A stretch of 64,000 nucleotides of DNA from Escherichia coli (GTDB lineage: Bacteria; Pseudomonadota; Gammaproteobacteria; Enterobacterales; Enterobacteriaceae): assembly GCF_009931435.1 (NCBI RefSeq), contig NZ_CP043414.1, one strand, 5' to 3'. The position numbers and the translations under genes are program-made. Shown piece by piece: positions 11,426 through 23,781 of the stretch (the first letter of the stretch is position 1; the number at the start of each line of letters is the position of its first letter). The notes under the pieces are model-generated. The model ran no database searches and was not told the origin of the DNA. It was given only the letters and a program-made list of their open reading frames with translations.

Positions 11426-12334
11426 ATGCGGATGAATATGTCTGACTTTGCCACTTTCTTTGCCGTGGCCCGTAATCAAAGCTTTCGTGCAGCAGGCGAT
11501 GAGTTAGGCTTATCTTCGTCCGCCATTAGCCATAGTATTAAAACACTGGAACAACGTCTTAAAATTCGCTTATTCAATCGGACAACCCGAAGCGTATCGT
11601 TAACGGAAGCGGGTTCTAATCTCTATGAACGATTGCGCCCAGCTTTCGACGAAATTCAGATCATGTTAGATGAGATGAATGATTTTCGTCTGACACCGAC
11701 AGGTACGCTCAAAATCAATGCCGCCCGGGTAGCTGCACGTATATTTTTAATACCTTTACTGGTTGGTTTCACACGTGAATATCCTGATATTAAAGTCGAG
11801 CTCACAACTGACGACTCTCTTGTTGATATCGTCCAGCAGGGCTTTGACGCTGGCGTTCGACTTAGTGGCATCGTCGAAAAAGATATGATCAGCGTGGCGA
11901 TCGGCCCGCCAGTGAAATTATGTGTAGCAGCAACGCCAGAGTACTTTGCAAGATATGGCAACCCCCGCCATCCTCATGATCTGCTTAATCATCAATGTGT
12001 TGTTTTTCGTTATCCCAGCGGCAAACCTTTCCACTGGCAATTTGCAAAAGAGCTGGAAATTGCTGTCGCAGGAAATATCATTCTGGATGATGTTGATGCT
12101 GAACTGGATGCCGTTTTGATGGGTGCTGGTATCGGGTATCTGCTTTATGAACAGATCAAGGAGTACCTTGATACCGGTCGTTTAGAATGTGTACTGGAAG
12201 ACTGGATCACAGAGCGTCCAGGCTTCCAGATCTATTACCCAAACCGCCAGTATATGTCCTGCGGCTTGCGCGCATTTCTCGATTATGTAAAAACGGGTCA
12301 GATCTGCCAGAGTCAGCGTCACCGACCACAATAA
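11426..12334 (+). CDS. ycaN: LysR-family transcriptional regulator YcaN
   Basis: 302-aa ORF with an N-terminal HTH typical of LysR regulators (FRAAGDELGLSSSAISHSIKTLEQRL); divergent from ycaK. Confidence 0.9.
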   Translation: MRMNMSDFATFFAVARNQSFRAAGDELGLSSSAISHSIKTLEQRLKIRLFNRTTRSVSLTEAGSNLYERLRPAFDEIQIMLDEMNDFRLTPTGTLKINAARVAARIFLIPLLVGFTREYPDIKVELTTDDSLVDIVQQGFDAGVRLSGIVEKDMISVAIGPPVKLCVAATPEYFARYGNPRHPHDLLNHQCVVFRYPSGKPFHWQFAKELEIAVAGNIILDDVDAELDAVLMGAGIGYLLYEQIKEYLDTGRLECVLEDWITERPGFQIYYPNRQYMSCGLRAFLDYVKTGQICQSQRHRPQ

Positions 12335-13765
12335 TTATTTGCTATTCGCTTTACGCGCCAGCAGCGGGAATATCAGCCCTAATCCCACCAGCACAAACGG
12401 CGTTGCAACATTCAGCGCCAACTGGAATGTCCACTCTGCGGTGAAGGCTTCCATTTTCGGGAAAATACCAGTCAGGCAGGCAAAAGCGGTAAAGGCAAAA
12501 CACCAAATTCCGACGGTCATTGCCAGCGGCTTATTACGAATAAAGACATATTCCGGCTTATATTTCTGCGCCAGGCGAACAACTGCAATAAATGCAACAA
12601 ATACCCATAAATAACGCAGCGGCATCACTACCGAGTTAAGATTCAACAGCCATTTATAGAGATTGTTCATATCACCAATGCCGAGAGTCGGCAGCATTAT
12701 CAGGATCGCCACCAGCACCAGGGTCAGAAAATAGCCATTAACGGGCGTACCAGAAGCGTTGGTACGACATAAACTGGCTGGAATATATTTGCTGTCAGCA
12801 TCGCCTAATAACACTTTAAGCGGCGCATCAATCGAGAATACCAGCGCAGCTACTTGTCCTAGGGTATTCGCAATGGCATAAATCACCATTAAAGTATTAC
12901 CCATGTTGTAATATTCGCCCAGCTTCTGAAAGGCGTAATACTGACCGTTAGTCATTAAGTCATCCGGGATATTACGCGAGTCAAACATCATCCCCATCGC
13001 CAGTGAGCCCAGAATGGCACAAACCGCAACCATCACCGCCAGGCATAACATCCCTTTTGGAAATTCTTTTCCTGGGTTGCGCGTTTGATTAACGTAAGGA
13101 GAAATCTTCTCTGCTCCGCCAACCGCGAAAACCAGCATTGAAATAGTGGTAATGTAGGTAAAGTCGATATGAGGAATGAACGTTTCCCAGGTAATGTTTG
13201 TGGTCGCAATATGCACTTCAGTAATCGCAGGCGCGGTTACCGCCATCGCCACATACAGGAGCGACATAACAAACATCGCAATCCCTGCCACAGAACCGAC
13301 GATTTTCAGCGATTTCATACCGCGTGAAGCAACCCACATAAAGAAGACAAACAGCACCAGCGTTAACCCCTGTAACGCTACGACGGAATATTCTTTGATT
13401 AACGAACCGTCGCCTTTCATCGCCCAACCGAGCGCAATCAGTATTGCCTGGGGTTTTTGTGCCAGATAGGGAATATGCACTACCCAGTAGGTCCACGCGG
13501 CGAGGTAAGCCAGTCCGGGTCCCATCGTGTGTTTAATCCAGGTACTGACCCCGCCCTTCCCATCTTTGAAGGTCGAGCCTAACTGACCAACAATTAGCGC
13601 ATAAGGTGTGAAATAGAGCGCAAATATAAACACCCATGAAAAAACAACCACCAGCCCCTGGTTGGCGTAGTTATTAACAACGTTGCCAAAACCCCAGACA
13701 GTGATAAAAGACATCAGCGCAATGTTGTACCATCGCAGCTGTTTTTCCTGAACATTCCCAGCCAT
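12335..13765 (-). CDS. ycaM: APC-family amino acid/polyamine transporter YcaM
   Basis: ORF track gives 540 aa from an upstream start. ATG at 13763-13765 (MAGNVQEKQLRWYNIALMSF...) gives the expected 476 aa multi-pass membrane protein. Confidence 0.9.
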   Translation of the reverse strand: MAGNVQEKQLRWYNIALMSFITVWGFGNVVNNYANQGLVVVFSWVFIFALYFTPYALIVGQLGSTFKDGKGGVSTWIKHTMGPGLAYLAAWTYWVVHIPYLAQKPQAILIALGWAMKGDGSLIKEYSVVALQGLTLVLFVFFMWVASRGMKSLKIVGSVAGIAMFVMSLLYVAMAVTAPAITEVHIATTNITWETFIPHIDFTYITTISMLVFAVGGAEKISPYVNQTRNPGKEFPKGMLCLAVMVAVCAILGSLAMGMMFDSRNIPDDLMTNGQYYAFQKLGEYYNMGNTLMVIYAIANTLGQVAALVFSIDAPLKVLLGDADSKYIPASLCRTNASGTPVNGYFLTLVLVAILIMLPTLGIGDMNNLYKWLLNLNSVVMPLRYLWVFVAFIAVVRLAQKYKPEYVFIRNKPLAMTVGIWCFAFTAFACLTGIFPKMEAFTAEWTFQLALNVATPFVLVGLGLIFPLLARKANSK

Positions 13766-13923
13766 AGACAAATCCTTCGCCAAAATTAAAGGGGCATCTG
13801 TAAAACGAGGGATTATGCGCGGCAAATAAGAAGTGCGGAAATAGCGAAATGCAAAATTATAACCTGCTGCACATTTTATTTTGAAACGAATAAAATTTTG
13901 AAAAAAGCAAGTCAGAGAGAAGA

Positions 13924-13964
13924 AACAAAAAAGCAGAGTGTGAAACAGTAAGTTCACACTCTGC
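13924..13964 (-). terminator. Intrinsic terminator of ycaD
   Basis: Strong hairpin gcagagtgtgaa-N-ttcacactctgc followed on the minus strand by a U-run (plus-strand aaacaaaaaa). Confidence 0.6.
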
Positions 13965-13974
13965 GTTAATTCAT

Positions 13975-15123
13975 TTACACGTGAGCAACGGGTTTCGGCG
14001 TATGACCGGCGTTGCGAAGCAGCATCAGCAAATAGATAAACGATACGCTGGCGATCATGATAAACAATAAATTATCGGAGAAATTCTGCATTAGCATAGC
14101 GGTAAATGACGGGCCAAGCAGACTTCCTACGGTATAGCTCAACAGTAAGGCCTGGTTCATCGCCACCAGTTGATGATGTTCAACTTTCTCGCAAGCCCAT
14201 GCCATCGCCACCGGATATAGCGTAAAGCCAGCGGCACCGAGGATGAATAACGCTGGGGCCATCGCCGCCTGGCTAAGCATCGCGATACTGCCGAGAATGA
14301 CGACAAAGACCTGAACACGCAACACCAGCAGTCGACCAAACTTATCCGCCAGACGTCCAATCGGCCATTGTCCAAGGATACCCGCACTGACCAGTACCGC
14401 CATCCAGAAACCAATGCTGGCATTGCTCACCCCTTTGTGATTGAGGTACAGCGGCATCAGGCCATATAGAGATCCCAGAACGATTCCTGAGATAATGCAG
14501 CCATTCACGCCAAGCCGCGCCTGACGGAGTTTTAGCATGGACGTAATTAACGTCGAATCATGGTTTTCAGCCTGCTGATTCAGCACACGCGTAAACAACA
14601 GCGGTAAGATCCCTGCCAACGTCAAACCTGTAACCCACGGCAATACGGACATCAGCTCGGTTGAAACTTTGCTGACCAGTAACTGGCCTAAAAACGTTCC
14701 CACGTAATAAACCATCATATACGCAGCAAGCAAACGCCCACGGTTACGTGACGTCCCACTGCACATCAGCGCGCTCTCAACAACCACCCAAATCATGGCA
14801 CAGCCGACGCCGGCGACAAAACGCCAAGCCAACCAGCTCCAGAATCCAATCATCAGGCCAAGGCCGGCACAGCCAGCGGCAAAAATGAAGGAGGCCAGAT
14901 AATAGCTGCGGTTAAAGCCAATGCGCTTAATGACATACCCTGTCAGCAATGTACCGACCAGGTTGCCGGTAAAATAGGATGAGCTGACAACGCCTACCTG
15001 CCATGTGGACATATGTTCCTGGGCGAGCCAAAGCGGCACGAGTGTATTTAACACTGCGATCGCCAAAGTCAACAAAAGCAGGCCAGACAGCAAAAGCATG
15101 ACAGGCCGGGTATACGTGGACAT
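13975..15123 (-). CDS. ycaD: MFS transporter YcaD
   Basis: 382-aa [40 protein letters not shown]..., a 12-TM-type hydrophobic profile. Confidence 0.93.
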   Translation of the reverse strand: MSTYTRPVMLLLSGLLLLTLAIAVLNTLVPLWLAQEHMSTWQVGVVSSSYFTGNLVGTLLTGYVIKRIGFNRSYYLASFIFAAGCAGLGLMIGFWSWLAWRFVAGVGCAMIWVVVESALMCSGTSRNRGRLLAAYMMVYYVGTFLGQLLVSKVSTELMSVLPWVTGLTLAGILPLLFTRVLNQQAENHDSTLITSMLKLRQARLGVNGCIISGIVLGSLYGLMPLYLNHKGVSNASIGFWMAVLVSAGILGQWPIGRLADKFGRLLVLRVQVFVVILGSIAMLSQAAMAPALFILGAAGFTLYPVAMAWACEKVEHHQLVAMNQALLLSYTVGSLLGPSFTAMLMQNFSDNLLFIMIASVSFIYLLMLLRNAGHTPKPVAHV

Positions 15124-15437
15124 GAATTAAAACCGTGAGGAAGTTCAAATTTCATGCGCATCATGCCACCGCCAAAAACATTGTCAATGGGTGAAAATAC
15201 GCGCATATCGCAGCTGAGGTATTATCGATTTATATTACTCATTCATAACGCTAATGCTGGAGAGACGATTAATCTCATCTGATTGTTTTTATTGATCTAA
15301 CACAAATTTCATACGCTTCGTTCAGTCGAAAAATTTCATGGTCACAGCAAACTCATATTTCCCGTCTATGCTTTCAGAGCAATGCATCGCGTCTGACCGA
15401 TTTCAGACGTACCGCTGACTCTCGAAAGGAGAAGAGG

Positions 15438-16064
15438 ATGACCAAACCGTATGTTCGTCTTGATAAAAATGATGCTGCCGTTTTGCTTGTTGATCACCAG
15501 GCTGGTTTACTTTCCCTTGTACGGGATATCGAACCCGATAAGTTTAAAAATAACGTGCTGGCGCTGGGCGACCTAGCTAAGTATTTCAACTTACCTACTA
15601 TTCTTACCACCAGTTTTGAAACCGGTCCTAACGGCCCATTAGTTCCAGAACTGAAAGCACAGTTTCCCGATGCACCTTACATTGCTCGCCCGGGAAATAT
15701 TAACGCCTGGGATAACGAAGATTTTGTAAAAGCTGTCAAAGCGACAGGTAAAAAACAGTTAATTATTGCCGGTGTGGTAACCGAAGTTTGCGTGGCATTC
15801 CCGGCGCTTTCAGCCATTGAAGAAGGGTTTGACGTCTTTGTCGTGACTGACGCGTCAGGGACCTTTAATGAAATTACCCGGCATTCGGCATGGGATCGCA
15901 TGTCGCAAGCTGGTGCGCAATTGATGACATGGTTCGGCGTGGCGTGCGAGCTGCATCGCGACTGGCGTAATGATATTGAAGGACTGGCGACGTTGTTCTC
16001 TAACCATATTCCTGATTATCGTAATTTGATGACCAGTTATGACACGTTAACGAAGCAGAAATAA
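15438..16064 (+). CDS. ycaC: Isochorismatase-family hydrolase YcaC
   Basis: 208-aa ORF MTKPYVRLDKNDAAVLLVDHQAGLLSLVRD... recognised as YcaC. Confidence 0.93.
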   Translation: MTKPYVRLDKNDAAVLLVDHQAGLLSLVRDIEPDKFKNNVLALGDLAKYFNLPTILTTSFETGPNGPLVPELKAQFPDAPYIARPGNINAWDNEDFVKAVKATGKKQLIIAGVVTEVCVAFPALSAIEEGFDVFVVTDASGTFNEITRHSAWDRMSQAGAQLMTWFGVACELHRDWRNDIEGLATLFSNHIPDYRNLMTSYDTLTKQK

Positions 16065-16069
16065 AAGAG

Positions 16070-16091
16070 AACCGGGGCCGAAACCCCGGTT
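16070..16091. terminator. Bidirectional hairpin terminator between convergent ycaC and dmsC
   Basis: Inverted repeat aaccggggcc-gaaa-ccccggtt. Confidence 0.5.
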
Positions 16092-16098
16092 GTTATGA

Positions 16099-16962
16099 TT
16101 AGCTTGCGACGGCCATCCCCACGGTCATATGCAAACCATAGAATACGCCACGACCGATTAATTCCCCTGCCAGAAGCAGAATGAATGATACGGAAAGTAG
16201 CGGAACCGCAGGCTGATAACCTTTTAGCTGTGGTGCAATCCACAAGCACAGGGCAACAGCCAAAAGCACGATCCGCCAGGACATCAGCGCACCATAGTCC
16301 GGCACCAGCGCTGCGGCCTGCTGCACAGAGCTATGAATAGTCGCCAGCTCTGCGCCCTGCATCACTGACACCACGCCACTCACTACCAGGGCCAGTACAG
16401 AAATAGCTGGCAGCAGACGCATCGCCCAGCCATCGACGCCAGCCAGACTCAGCAACAGGTAACCCAGTAACGGGCCGCCCATGAACATCGTCAGGAAGAA
16501 GCCCATCGGTGTCCAGATGCTGTACCAGGTGGGTACGGTATCGATGCTGTTATAGACACGCACCATCATCCAGACAAAGACTACGCCAAGAACCATCGTC
16601 ACCACCAGCCACAGCGTACGCAATGCCGGTGACAGCTTTTTCAGCATTGCCAGTAACCAGCCGATGCCACCAACAGCAAAAAAGATCGAACCGCTGGCGA
16701 TTTCGTTACTGAGTGCTGAAGCCCCTACCCGGTTGAGCGAGTTAAAGGCGCGCATCGGTGAACCAAGATGAAGCATAGAGGCGATAAAGCCAATACCCAT
16801 CAGCACCCATAAGCCAAACATGCAGGCAATAACACGCTGCTGGGCTTCTGCTCGCAGGTCGCCTTTGAGCAGCGCCAAAGCCAGAACGATAAAACCACCC
16901 GCTACACATTGCCCGAAGACCGTGAAGATCATCAGCGGCCATTCATGCCATCCACTTCCCAT
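16099..16962 (-). CDS. dmsC: DMSO reductase membrane anchor subunit
   Basis: ATG at 16960-16962 (MGSGWHEWPLMIFTVFGQCVAGG...) gives 287 aa; the track's 308-aa ORF is extended upstream into dmsB. Confidence 0.95.
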   Translation of the reverse strand: MGSGWHEWPLMIFTVFGQCVAGGFIVLALALLKGDLRAEAQQRVIACMFGLWVLMGIGFIASMLHLGSPMRAFNSLNRVGASALSNEIASGSIFFAVGGIGWLLAMLKKLSPALRTLWLVVTMVLGVVFVWMMVRVYNSIDTVPTWYSIWTPMGFFLTMFMGGPLLGYLLLSLAGVDGWAMRLLPAISVLALVVSGVVSVMQGAELATIHSSVQQAAALVPDYGALMSWRIVLLAVALCLWIAPQLKGYQPAVPLLSVSFILLLAGELIGRGVFYGLHMTVGMAVAS

Positions 16963-16963
16963 C

Positions 16964-17581
16964 TCACACCTCCTTCGGGTTTGCCAGGTAGCCAGTGGTA
17001 TCCCCGGTCGGGCGGCTGTTGGCATTGGGTTTGATCACAATATTCGGTTTGGTAAAGTGAGCTCGCGGCAACGGCGCAACAGCCGCCAAATCGCCATGTT
17101 TTTTACGCAGCTCGTCGATAGGGCCGAAATCCAGCGCCCGCAGCGGGCAGGATTCTACGCAGATCGGTTTTTTCCCCTCCGCAACACGGTCATAACAACC
17201 ATCGCATTTGGTCATATGGCCTTTCGTTTCGTTATATTGCGGTGCGCCGTACGGGCAAGCCATATGGCAGTAACGGCAGCCAATGCATACATCTTCATCG
17301 ACCACAACAAAACCATCTTCACGTTTATGCATCGCACCGCTCGGGCAGACTTTAGTACAAGCCGGATCTTCGCAGTGGTTACATGAAATCGACAGATAGT
17401 AGGCAAACACGTTCTGGTGCCAGACACCGTTATCTTCCTGCCAGTCGCCGCCAGCATATTCATAAATGCGGCGGAAACTGACTTCTGGCGTCAAATCTTT
17501 GTAGTCTTTACAAGCCAGCTCGCAGGTTTTGCAACCGGTGCAACGGCTGGAATCAATAAAAAATCCATACTGGGTTGTCAT
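16964..17581 (-). CDS. dmsB: DMSO reductase iron-sulfur subunit (4x[4Fe-4S])
   Basis: 205-aa ORF MTTQYGFFIDSSRCTGCKTCELACKDYKD... with multiple CxxCxxCxxxC ferredoxin motifs. Confidence 0.97.
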   Translation of the reverse strand: MTTQYGFFIDSSRCTGCKTCELACKDYKDLTPEVSFRRIYEYAGGDWQEDNGVWHQNVFAYYLSISCNHCEDPACTKVCPSGAMHKREDGFVVVDEDVCIGCRYCHMACPYGAPQYNETKGHMTKCDGCYDRVAEGKKPICVESCPLRALDFGPIDELRKKHGDLAAVAPLPRAHFTKPNIVIKPNANSRPTGDTTGYLANPKEV

Positions 17582-17591
17582 CGGTTACTCC

Positions 17592-20036
17592 TTACACCTT
17601 TTCAACCTGAACAAGGTTTGTATGTGACGGATTCCCCTTAGCGAGAGGAGACGGACGTTGAGTGGTCAGTACGTTGATACAACCGCCCTTATCGACACGT
17701 TTTGCATCCGGGTCATACCAGGCACCTTCACCCAGTGCGACCACACCCGGCATCATTCGTGGCGTCACTTTCGCCTCAATATGAACCTCACCACGGTCGT
17801 TAAAGATCCTGACCTTATCGCCGTTGTTGATACCGCGTTTTTGTGCATCAAACGGGTTGATCCACATTTCCTGACGGCAAGCTGCTTTCAGCACATCAAC
17901 GTTGCCGTAAGTTGAGTGAACGCGAGATTTGTAGTGGAAACCCGTAAGCTGCAGCGGATATTGTTTGTTCAGCGGATCCTGATAACTTTCAAAGCCCGGC
18001 GTGTAGATCGGCAGTGGATCGATCACGTCGCCTTCTGGCAATTCCCAGGTCGCGGCAATGTCAGCCAGCGCCTGCGAATAAATCTCAATTTTACCCGATG
18101 GCGTGGTCAGCGGATTTGCCTGCGGATCTTCACGGAAAGCTTTATAAGCAACGTGATGCCCTTGTGGGTCGCGCTTTTTAAAGATCCCCTGCTTGCGGAA
18201 CTCTTCAAACGTTGGCAGTTCAGGAATCGCTTCCCGCGACTGGGCATACAGATGCCGCATCCACTCTTCCTGTGTACGGCCTTCAGTAAACTGTTGCTCA
18301 ACGCCAAGACGTTTTGCCAGTTCGCTGGTCATTTCATAGATGGTCTTACATTCAAAGCGCGGTTTAATCACCTGATCGTTGAAAATCACGTAAGACATAT
18401 TCCCGCAGGATGCATCCAGTGCAAAGTCCATCTGTTCGGAAGCGGTGCAGTCAGGCAGCAGGATGTCAGCATATTTCGCCGATGAAGTCATGTGGCAGTC
18501 GATAACCACAATCAGCTCGCACTTCTTATCATCCTGAAGGATTTCATGGGTACGGTTGATTTCAGAATGCTGGTTAATCAGGCAGTTACCGGCATAGTTC
18601 CAGATCATTTTGATCGGCACATCCAGCTTATCTTTCCCGCGCACACCATCACGCAGCGCTGTCATTTCCGGGCCACGTTCAATGGCATCGGTCCACATAA
18701 ACATCGAAATGCTGGTCTGGATCGGGTTTTCGAGGGTCGGCATACGGACAAAAGGTAAGCTGTATGAACCTTCACGCGCGCCGCTGTTGCCCCCGTTAAT
18801 ACCAACGTTACCGGTCAGAATCGCCAGCATCGAGATAGCACGGGTTGCGATTTCACCGTTAGCGTGACGCTGCGGGCCCCATCCCTGGCTGATAAACGCC
18901 GGTTTGGTACTACCGATTTCACGAGCCAATTTGATGATTTTGTCTGCCGGAACACCGGTGATTTGCGAGGCCCATTCCGGCGTTTTAGCCACGCCATCTG
19001 GCCCTTCACCCAGAATATAAGCTTTATAGTGACCATTTTTCGGCGCACTGGCTGGCAGTGTTTTCTCGTCGTAGCCAACGCAATATTTATCGAGGAATGC
19101 CTGATCAACCAGATTTTCGCTGATCATGACGTACGCCAGACCATTAACCAGTGCGGCATCTGTTCCCGGACGAATGGGGATCCACTCATCTTCACGCCCT
19201 GCACCGGTGTCGGTATAGCGCGGATCGATAATGATCATACGAGCGTTGGATTTCTGACGAGCCTGCTCAAGGTAATAAGTCACCCCACCACCGCTCATTC
19301 GCGTTTCGCCAGGGTTATTACCAAACAGTACCACCAGCTTACTGTTTTCAATATCTGACGGGCTGTTACCATCCGCCCAGCCGCCGTAGGTATAGTTCAA
19401 ACCTTCCGCAATTTGCGCGGAAGAGTAGTCACCGTAATGGTTCAGATAACCGCCGCAGCAGTTCATCAGGCGAGCGACCAGGGTATTTCCCGGCGGCCAG
19501 GAGCGGGTCATGGTGCCGCCCAGCGTACCGGTACCATAGTTCAGATAGATAGACTCGTTGCCGTACTCTTTGATCAGGCGCTGCATATTGGTCGCGATGA
19601 TGTCGTAGGCTTCTTCCCAGCTAATGCGCTCGAATTTGCCTTCACCGCGCGCCCCGACTCGTTTCATCGGATATTTCAGGCGGTCCGGATTGTAGACACG
19701 GCGACGCATGGAACGCCCACGCAGACAGGCGCGCACCTGGTGCAGGCCGTCATAGTTGTCATCGCCGGTATTATCCGTTTCAACATATTTAATTTCACCG
19801 TCCACAACGTGCATACGTAGCGGGCAGCGGCTACCACAGTTAACTGTACAGGCGCTCCAGATTACCTTTTCGTCTGACTTTGCCGGAAGGGCACTATCAA
19901 CAGCGTGCGCAATCCGACTAAAAGGTAATGTTAATGCGCTGCTGGCCATTGCCAGGCCGCCGATCGCTGTCGTTTTTACCAAACCACGGCGACTCACCTC
20001 AGCAGCCAATACCGCATCAGGGATTTTCGTTTTCAT
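17592..20036 (-). CDS. dmsA: DMSO reductase catalytic molybdoenzyme subunit with Tat signal peptide
   Basis: 814-aa ORF with a twin-arginine motif (SRRGLVKTTAIGG) and molybdopterin oxidoreductase sequence. Confidence 0.97.
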   Translation of the reverse strand: MKTKIPDAVLAAEVSRRGLVKTTAIGGLAMASSALTLPFSRIAHAVDSALPAKSDEKVIWSACTVNCGSRCPLRMHVVDGEIKYVETDNTGDDNYDGLHQVRACLRGRSMRRRVYNPDRLKYPMKRVGARGEGKFERISWEEAYDIIATNMQRLIKEYGNESIYLNYGTGTLGGTMTRSWPPGNTLVARLMNCCGGYLNHYGDYSSAQIAEGLNYTYGGWADGNSPSDIENSKLVVLFGNNPGETRMSGGGVTYYLEQARQKSNARMIIIDPRYTDTGAGREDEWIPIRPGTDAALVNGLAYVMISENLVDQAFLDKYCVGYDEKTLPASAPKNGHYKAYILGEGPDGVAKTPEWASQITGVPADKIIKLAREIGSTKPAFISQGWGPQRHANGEIATRAISMLAILTGNVGINGGNSGAREGSYSLPFVRMPTLENPIQTSISMFMWTDAIERGPEMTALRDGVRGKDKLDVPIKMIWNYAGNCLINQHSEINRTHEILQDDKKCELIVVIDCHMTSSAKYADILLPDCTASEQMDFALDASCGNMSYVIFNDQVIKPRFECKTIYEMTSELAKRLGVEQQFTEGRTQEEWMRHLYAQSREAIPELPTFEEFRKQGIFKKRDPQGHHVAYKAFREDPQANPLTTPSGKIEIYSQALADIAATWELPEGDVIDPLPIYTPGFESYQDPLNKQYPLQLTGFHYKSRVHSTYGNVDVLKAACRQEMWINPFDAQKRGINNGDKVRIFNDRGEVHIEAKVTPRMMPGVVALGEGAWYDPDAKRVDKGGCINVLTTQRPSPLAKGNPSHTNLVQVEKV

Positions 20037-20227
20037 AATGGCTCACTCAAGCTTGCTCACGATTGATTCCAGTAACAAACCGTATTGTGTAATTATTTCT
20101 ATAGCAGTTCGCTATATAGGTTTGTATATATCGAATAATTTGAAAATCAAAGAGATAGGTAGATTTTCACTCGAAAGTAGTATTACGTGTAAGTGAGGAG
20201 TAATTATTGTTCGGTATCAAAGGGAGA

Positions 20228-20258
20228 CAAAAAAAGCGCCCGCAGGCGCTTTTTAGAT
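20228..20258. terminator. Hairpin terminator downstream of serS (shared with the dmsA upstream region)
   Basis: Inverted repeat agcgcc-cgca-ggcgct flanked by T/A runs on both strands. Confidence 0.5.
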
Positions 20259-20274
20259 TCAGAAAAATTGGGTA

Positions 20275-21588
<1,314 letters not shown>

Positions 21589-21657
21589 TTAAATGGGAGA
21601 TGTGGCCACAGCCTGCGACCACAGGGATACAGTAACAACATTACCGCAACGATAACA

Positions 21658-23001
21658 TTAACGGTAGCGTTTTATGGGGCTATTTTGATCCTGTTCAGCC
21701 AGCCAGGCGAGCTTTTCGCCAATCTTGCCTTCAAGGCCCCTGTTTGTCGGGAAATAATAGCGTGTTTGTGCTATTTCCGGCGGGAAGTAAACCTCACCGG
21801 CAGCATAAGCGTTTGCTTCATCATGAGCATAACGATATTCCTGACCGTAGCCCATTTCCTTCATTAATTTTGTCGGCGCATTACGCAAATGAACCGGCAC
21901 GTCATAATCCGGACGTTCGCGAGCATCGGCCAGCGCGGCTTTAAATGCGGTATAGACAGCGTTACTTTTTGGCGCGCAGGCCAGGTAAACAATCGCCTGA
22001 GCAATGGCACGTTCACCTTCAGCCGGACCAACGCGAGTAAAGCAATCCCAGGCCGCAATAGCCACCTGCATCGCCCGTGGGTCAGCATTACCCACATCTT
22101 CAGACGCAATCGCCAGGCAGCGACGCGCGACATATAACGGATCTCCACCGGCGGTAATAATTCGCGCATACCAGTACAGCGCCGCATCGGGTGCGCTCCC
22201 ACGCACCGATTTATGCAGTGCAGAGATCAGATCGTAAAAGCGATCGCCTTTGTTATCAAAGCGGGCGCTACGCTCACCGGCGATTTCGGTCAGTAATTCA
22301 GGCTTCAGGACTCGCTTACCGCTATCATCGACTTCAGCCATATCCGCCATCATTTCCAGCGTATTTAACGCGCGGCGCGCGTCGCCATTCACCAGTTCAG
22401 CGATGGCGCGTCTTGTTTCACCCGGCAGAACGATATCCTGACCACCATAACCGCGGGTTTTGTCTTCCATCGCCTGAGTCAGTACCTGTTCGATATCCTC
22501 TGTACTCAGGGATTTCAACAGGTAGACACGGGCACGGGAAAGCAGTGCCGAATTAAGCTCAAACGACGGGTTTTCAGTGGTTGCGCCAATAAAAGTGATG
22601 GTGCCGTCTTCAATATGTGGCAGAAATGCATCCTGCTGGCTTTTGTTGAAACGGTGAACTTCGTCAACAAAAAGAATAGTGCGGCGACCAGCATTGCGGT
22701 TTTGCCGAGCGCGCTCGATCGCCTCGCGAATCTCTTTCACGCCAGAGGTGACGGCAGAAATACGTTCCACATCAGCGTTCGCATAACGGGCTATAACTTC
22801 AGCGAGGGTTGTTTTGCCGGTACCCGGTGGCCCCCAGAGGATCATAGAATGCAAATGCCCAGCTTCGATAGCGCGCGGCAATGGCTTCCCGGCAGCCAGC
22901 AAATGTTGCTGGCCGATATACTGTGCTAAATTTTCTGGCCGCATACGCGCGGCCAGAGGTTGAAAAGTATTATCCGAAAAATCGAGCGACAGATTGCTCA
23001 C
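21658..23001 (-). CDS. rarA: Replication-associated recombination protein A (AAA+ ATPase, MgsA)
   Basis: 447-aa ORF with Walker A (GPPGTGKTT) and the characteristic RarA sequence. Confidence 0.95.
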   Translation of the reverse strand: MSNLSLDFSDNTFQPLAARMRPENLAQYIGQQHLLAAGKPLPRAIEAGHLHSMILWGPPGTGKTTLAEVIARYANADVERISAVTSGVKEIREAIERARQNRNAGRRTILFVDEVHRFNKSQQDAFLPHIEDGTITFIGATTENPSFELNSALLSRARVYLLKSLSTEDIEQVLTQAMEDKTRGYGGQDIVLPGETRRAIAELVNGDARRALNTLEMMADMAEVDDSGKRVLKPELLTEIAGERSARFDNKGDRFYDLISALHKSVRGSAPDAALYWYARIITAGGDPLYVARRCLAIASEDVGNADPRAMQVAIAAWDCFTRVGPAEGERAIAQAIVYLACAPKSNAVYTAFKAALADARERPDYDVPVHLRNAPTKLMKEMGYGQEYRYAHDEANAYAAGEVYFPPEIAQTRYYFPTNRGLEGKIGEKLAWLAEQDQNSPIKRYR

Positions 23002-23011
23002 TCAGGTGCCT

Positions 23012-23623
23012 CTACTTACGTTGATCATCTACCGTGACGCCTTGCGGCGGGGTGAAGGTAAATTTCGCTGCATCCACAGCCCCATTTTGCTGGGATTTCA
23101 GTTGATAACTGCTGCGCTGATCGTCCTGCTCCACCGCGCTAAACTGATGGATTGTGCCATCACGCCCCACGTTAATGGTGAACTGCTTCAAATTGCCATT
23201 GCTGGCTTTCGGCGTCAGGACAAAGTCATCGCCATTCTGTTTGATATTGTACTGCTGCCAGTCGCTGGACTGGTTGCGGGCAATCAGCATAAACGGCGTA
23301 TTACCGGTAGCATCTTTCAGCCAGGTTGCCGTAGCTTGCTCAACGAATGGGTTATAGAACCACAGTGTTTTACCGTCAGAAACCAGAATGCTTTCATCAG
23401 GTTGAGTCATATGCCAGTTGAATAAGTTTGGACGTTTCACCCACAGATCGCCCTGACCTTCCTGCACCGCCGCGCCGCTACCGTCAGTCACTTTTTGTGT
23501 GAAACTGGCGTGGAAGCTGCTGACTTTATCCAGGCGGCTTTTAAGATCGCTTGCGGCATCAGCCCAAACGCTGCTTGCTACTAAGCTTGAGAGTAATGCA
23601 CAGGTGATGGCAATTTTTTTCAT
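23012..23623 (-). CDS. lolA: Periplasmic lipoprotein chaperone LolA
   Basis: Tandem ATG codons; the second (23621-23623) gives the 203-aa [21 protein letters not shown]... signal-peptide protein. Confidence 0.95.
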
Positions 23624-23735
23624 CATTATTCCTCAAATTACGTCACTCCCGACCGGGAGTTCCCTCTACTCTCTATTCCAGGCTAATAATCAGCTTGAGG
23701 AAAGAAGAAAATACTGAATTTTCAGTTACCAGATT

Positions 23736-23771
23736 GCCGGATGCGATGCTATCGCATCTTATCCGGCCTAC
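23736..23771. repeat. REP (repetitive extragenic palindromic) element
   Basis: gccggatgcgatgctatcgcatcttatccggcctac matches the canonical REP pattern (GCCGGATG...TTATCCGGCCTAC) between lolA and ftsK. Confidence 0.6.
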
Positions 23772-23781
23772 GATACTCTAA

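Noticed and set aside
12335-13957. Long N-terminal extensions in track ORFs (ycaM 540 aa, and likewise trxB, lrp, dmsC, artP, artJ, ybjS, ybjT, cspD, macA, clpA)
   Set aside because: These extensions arise from the track reporting the furthest upstream in-frame start; internal starts give the expected protein lengths and sensible N-termini.
20137-20150. Possible FNR site tttgaaaatcaaa upstream of dmsA
   Set aside because: The half-sites are separated by the wrong spacing (TTGA-N3-TCAA instead of TTGA-N6-TCAA), so I do not call it, although dmsABC is known to be FNR-dependent and the true site is probably nearby.
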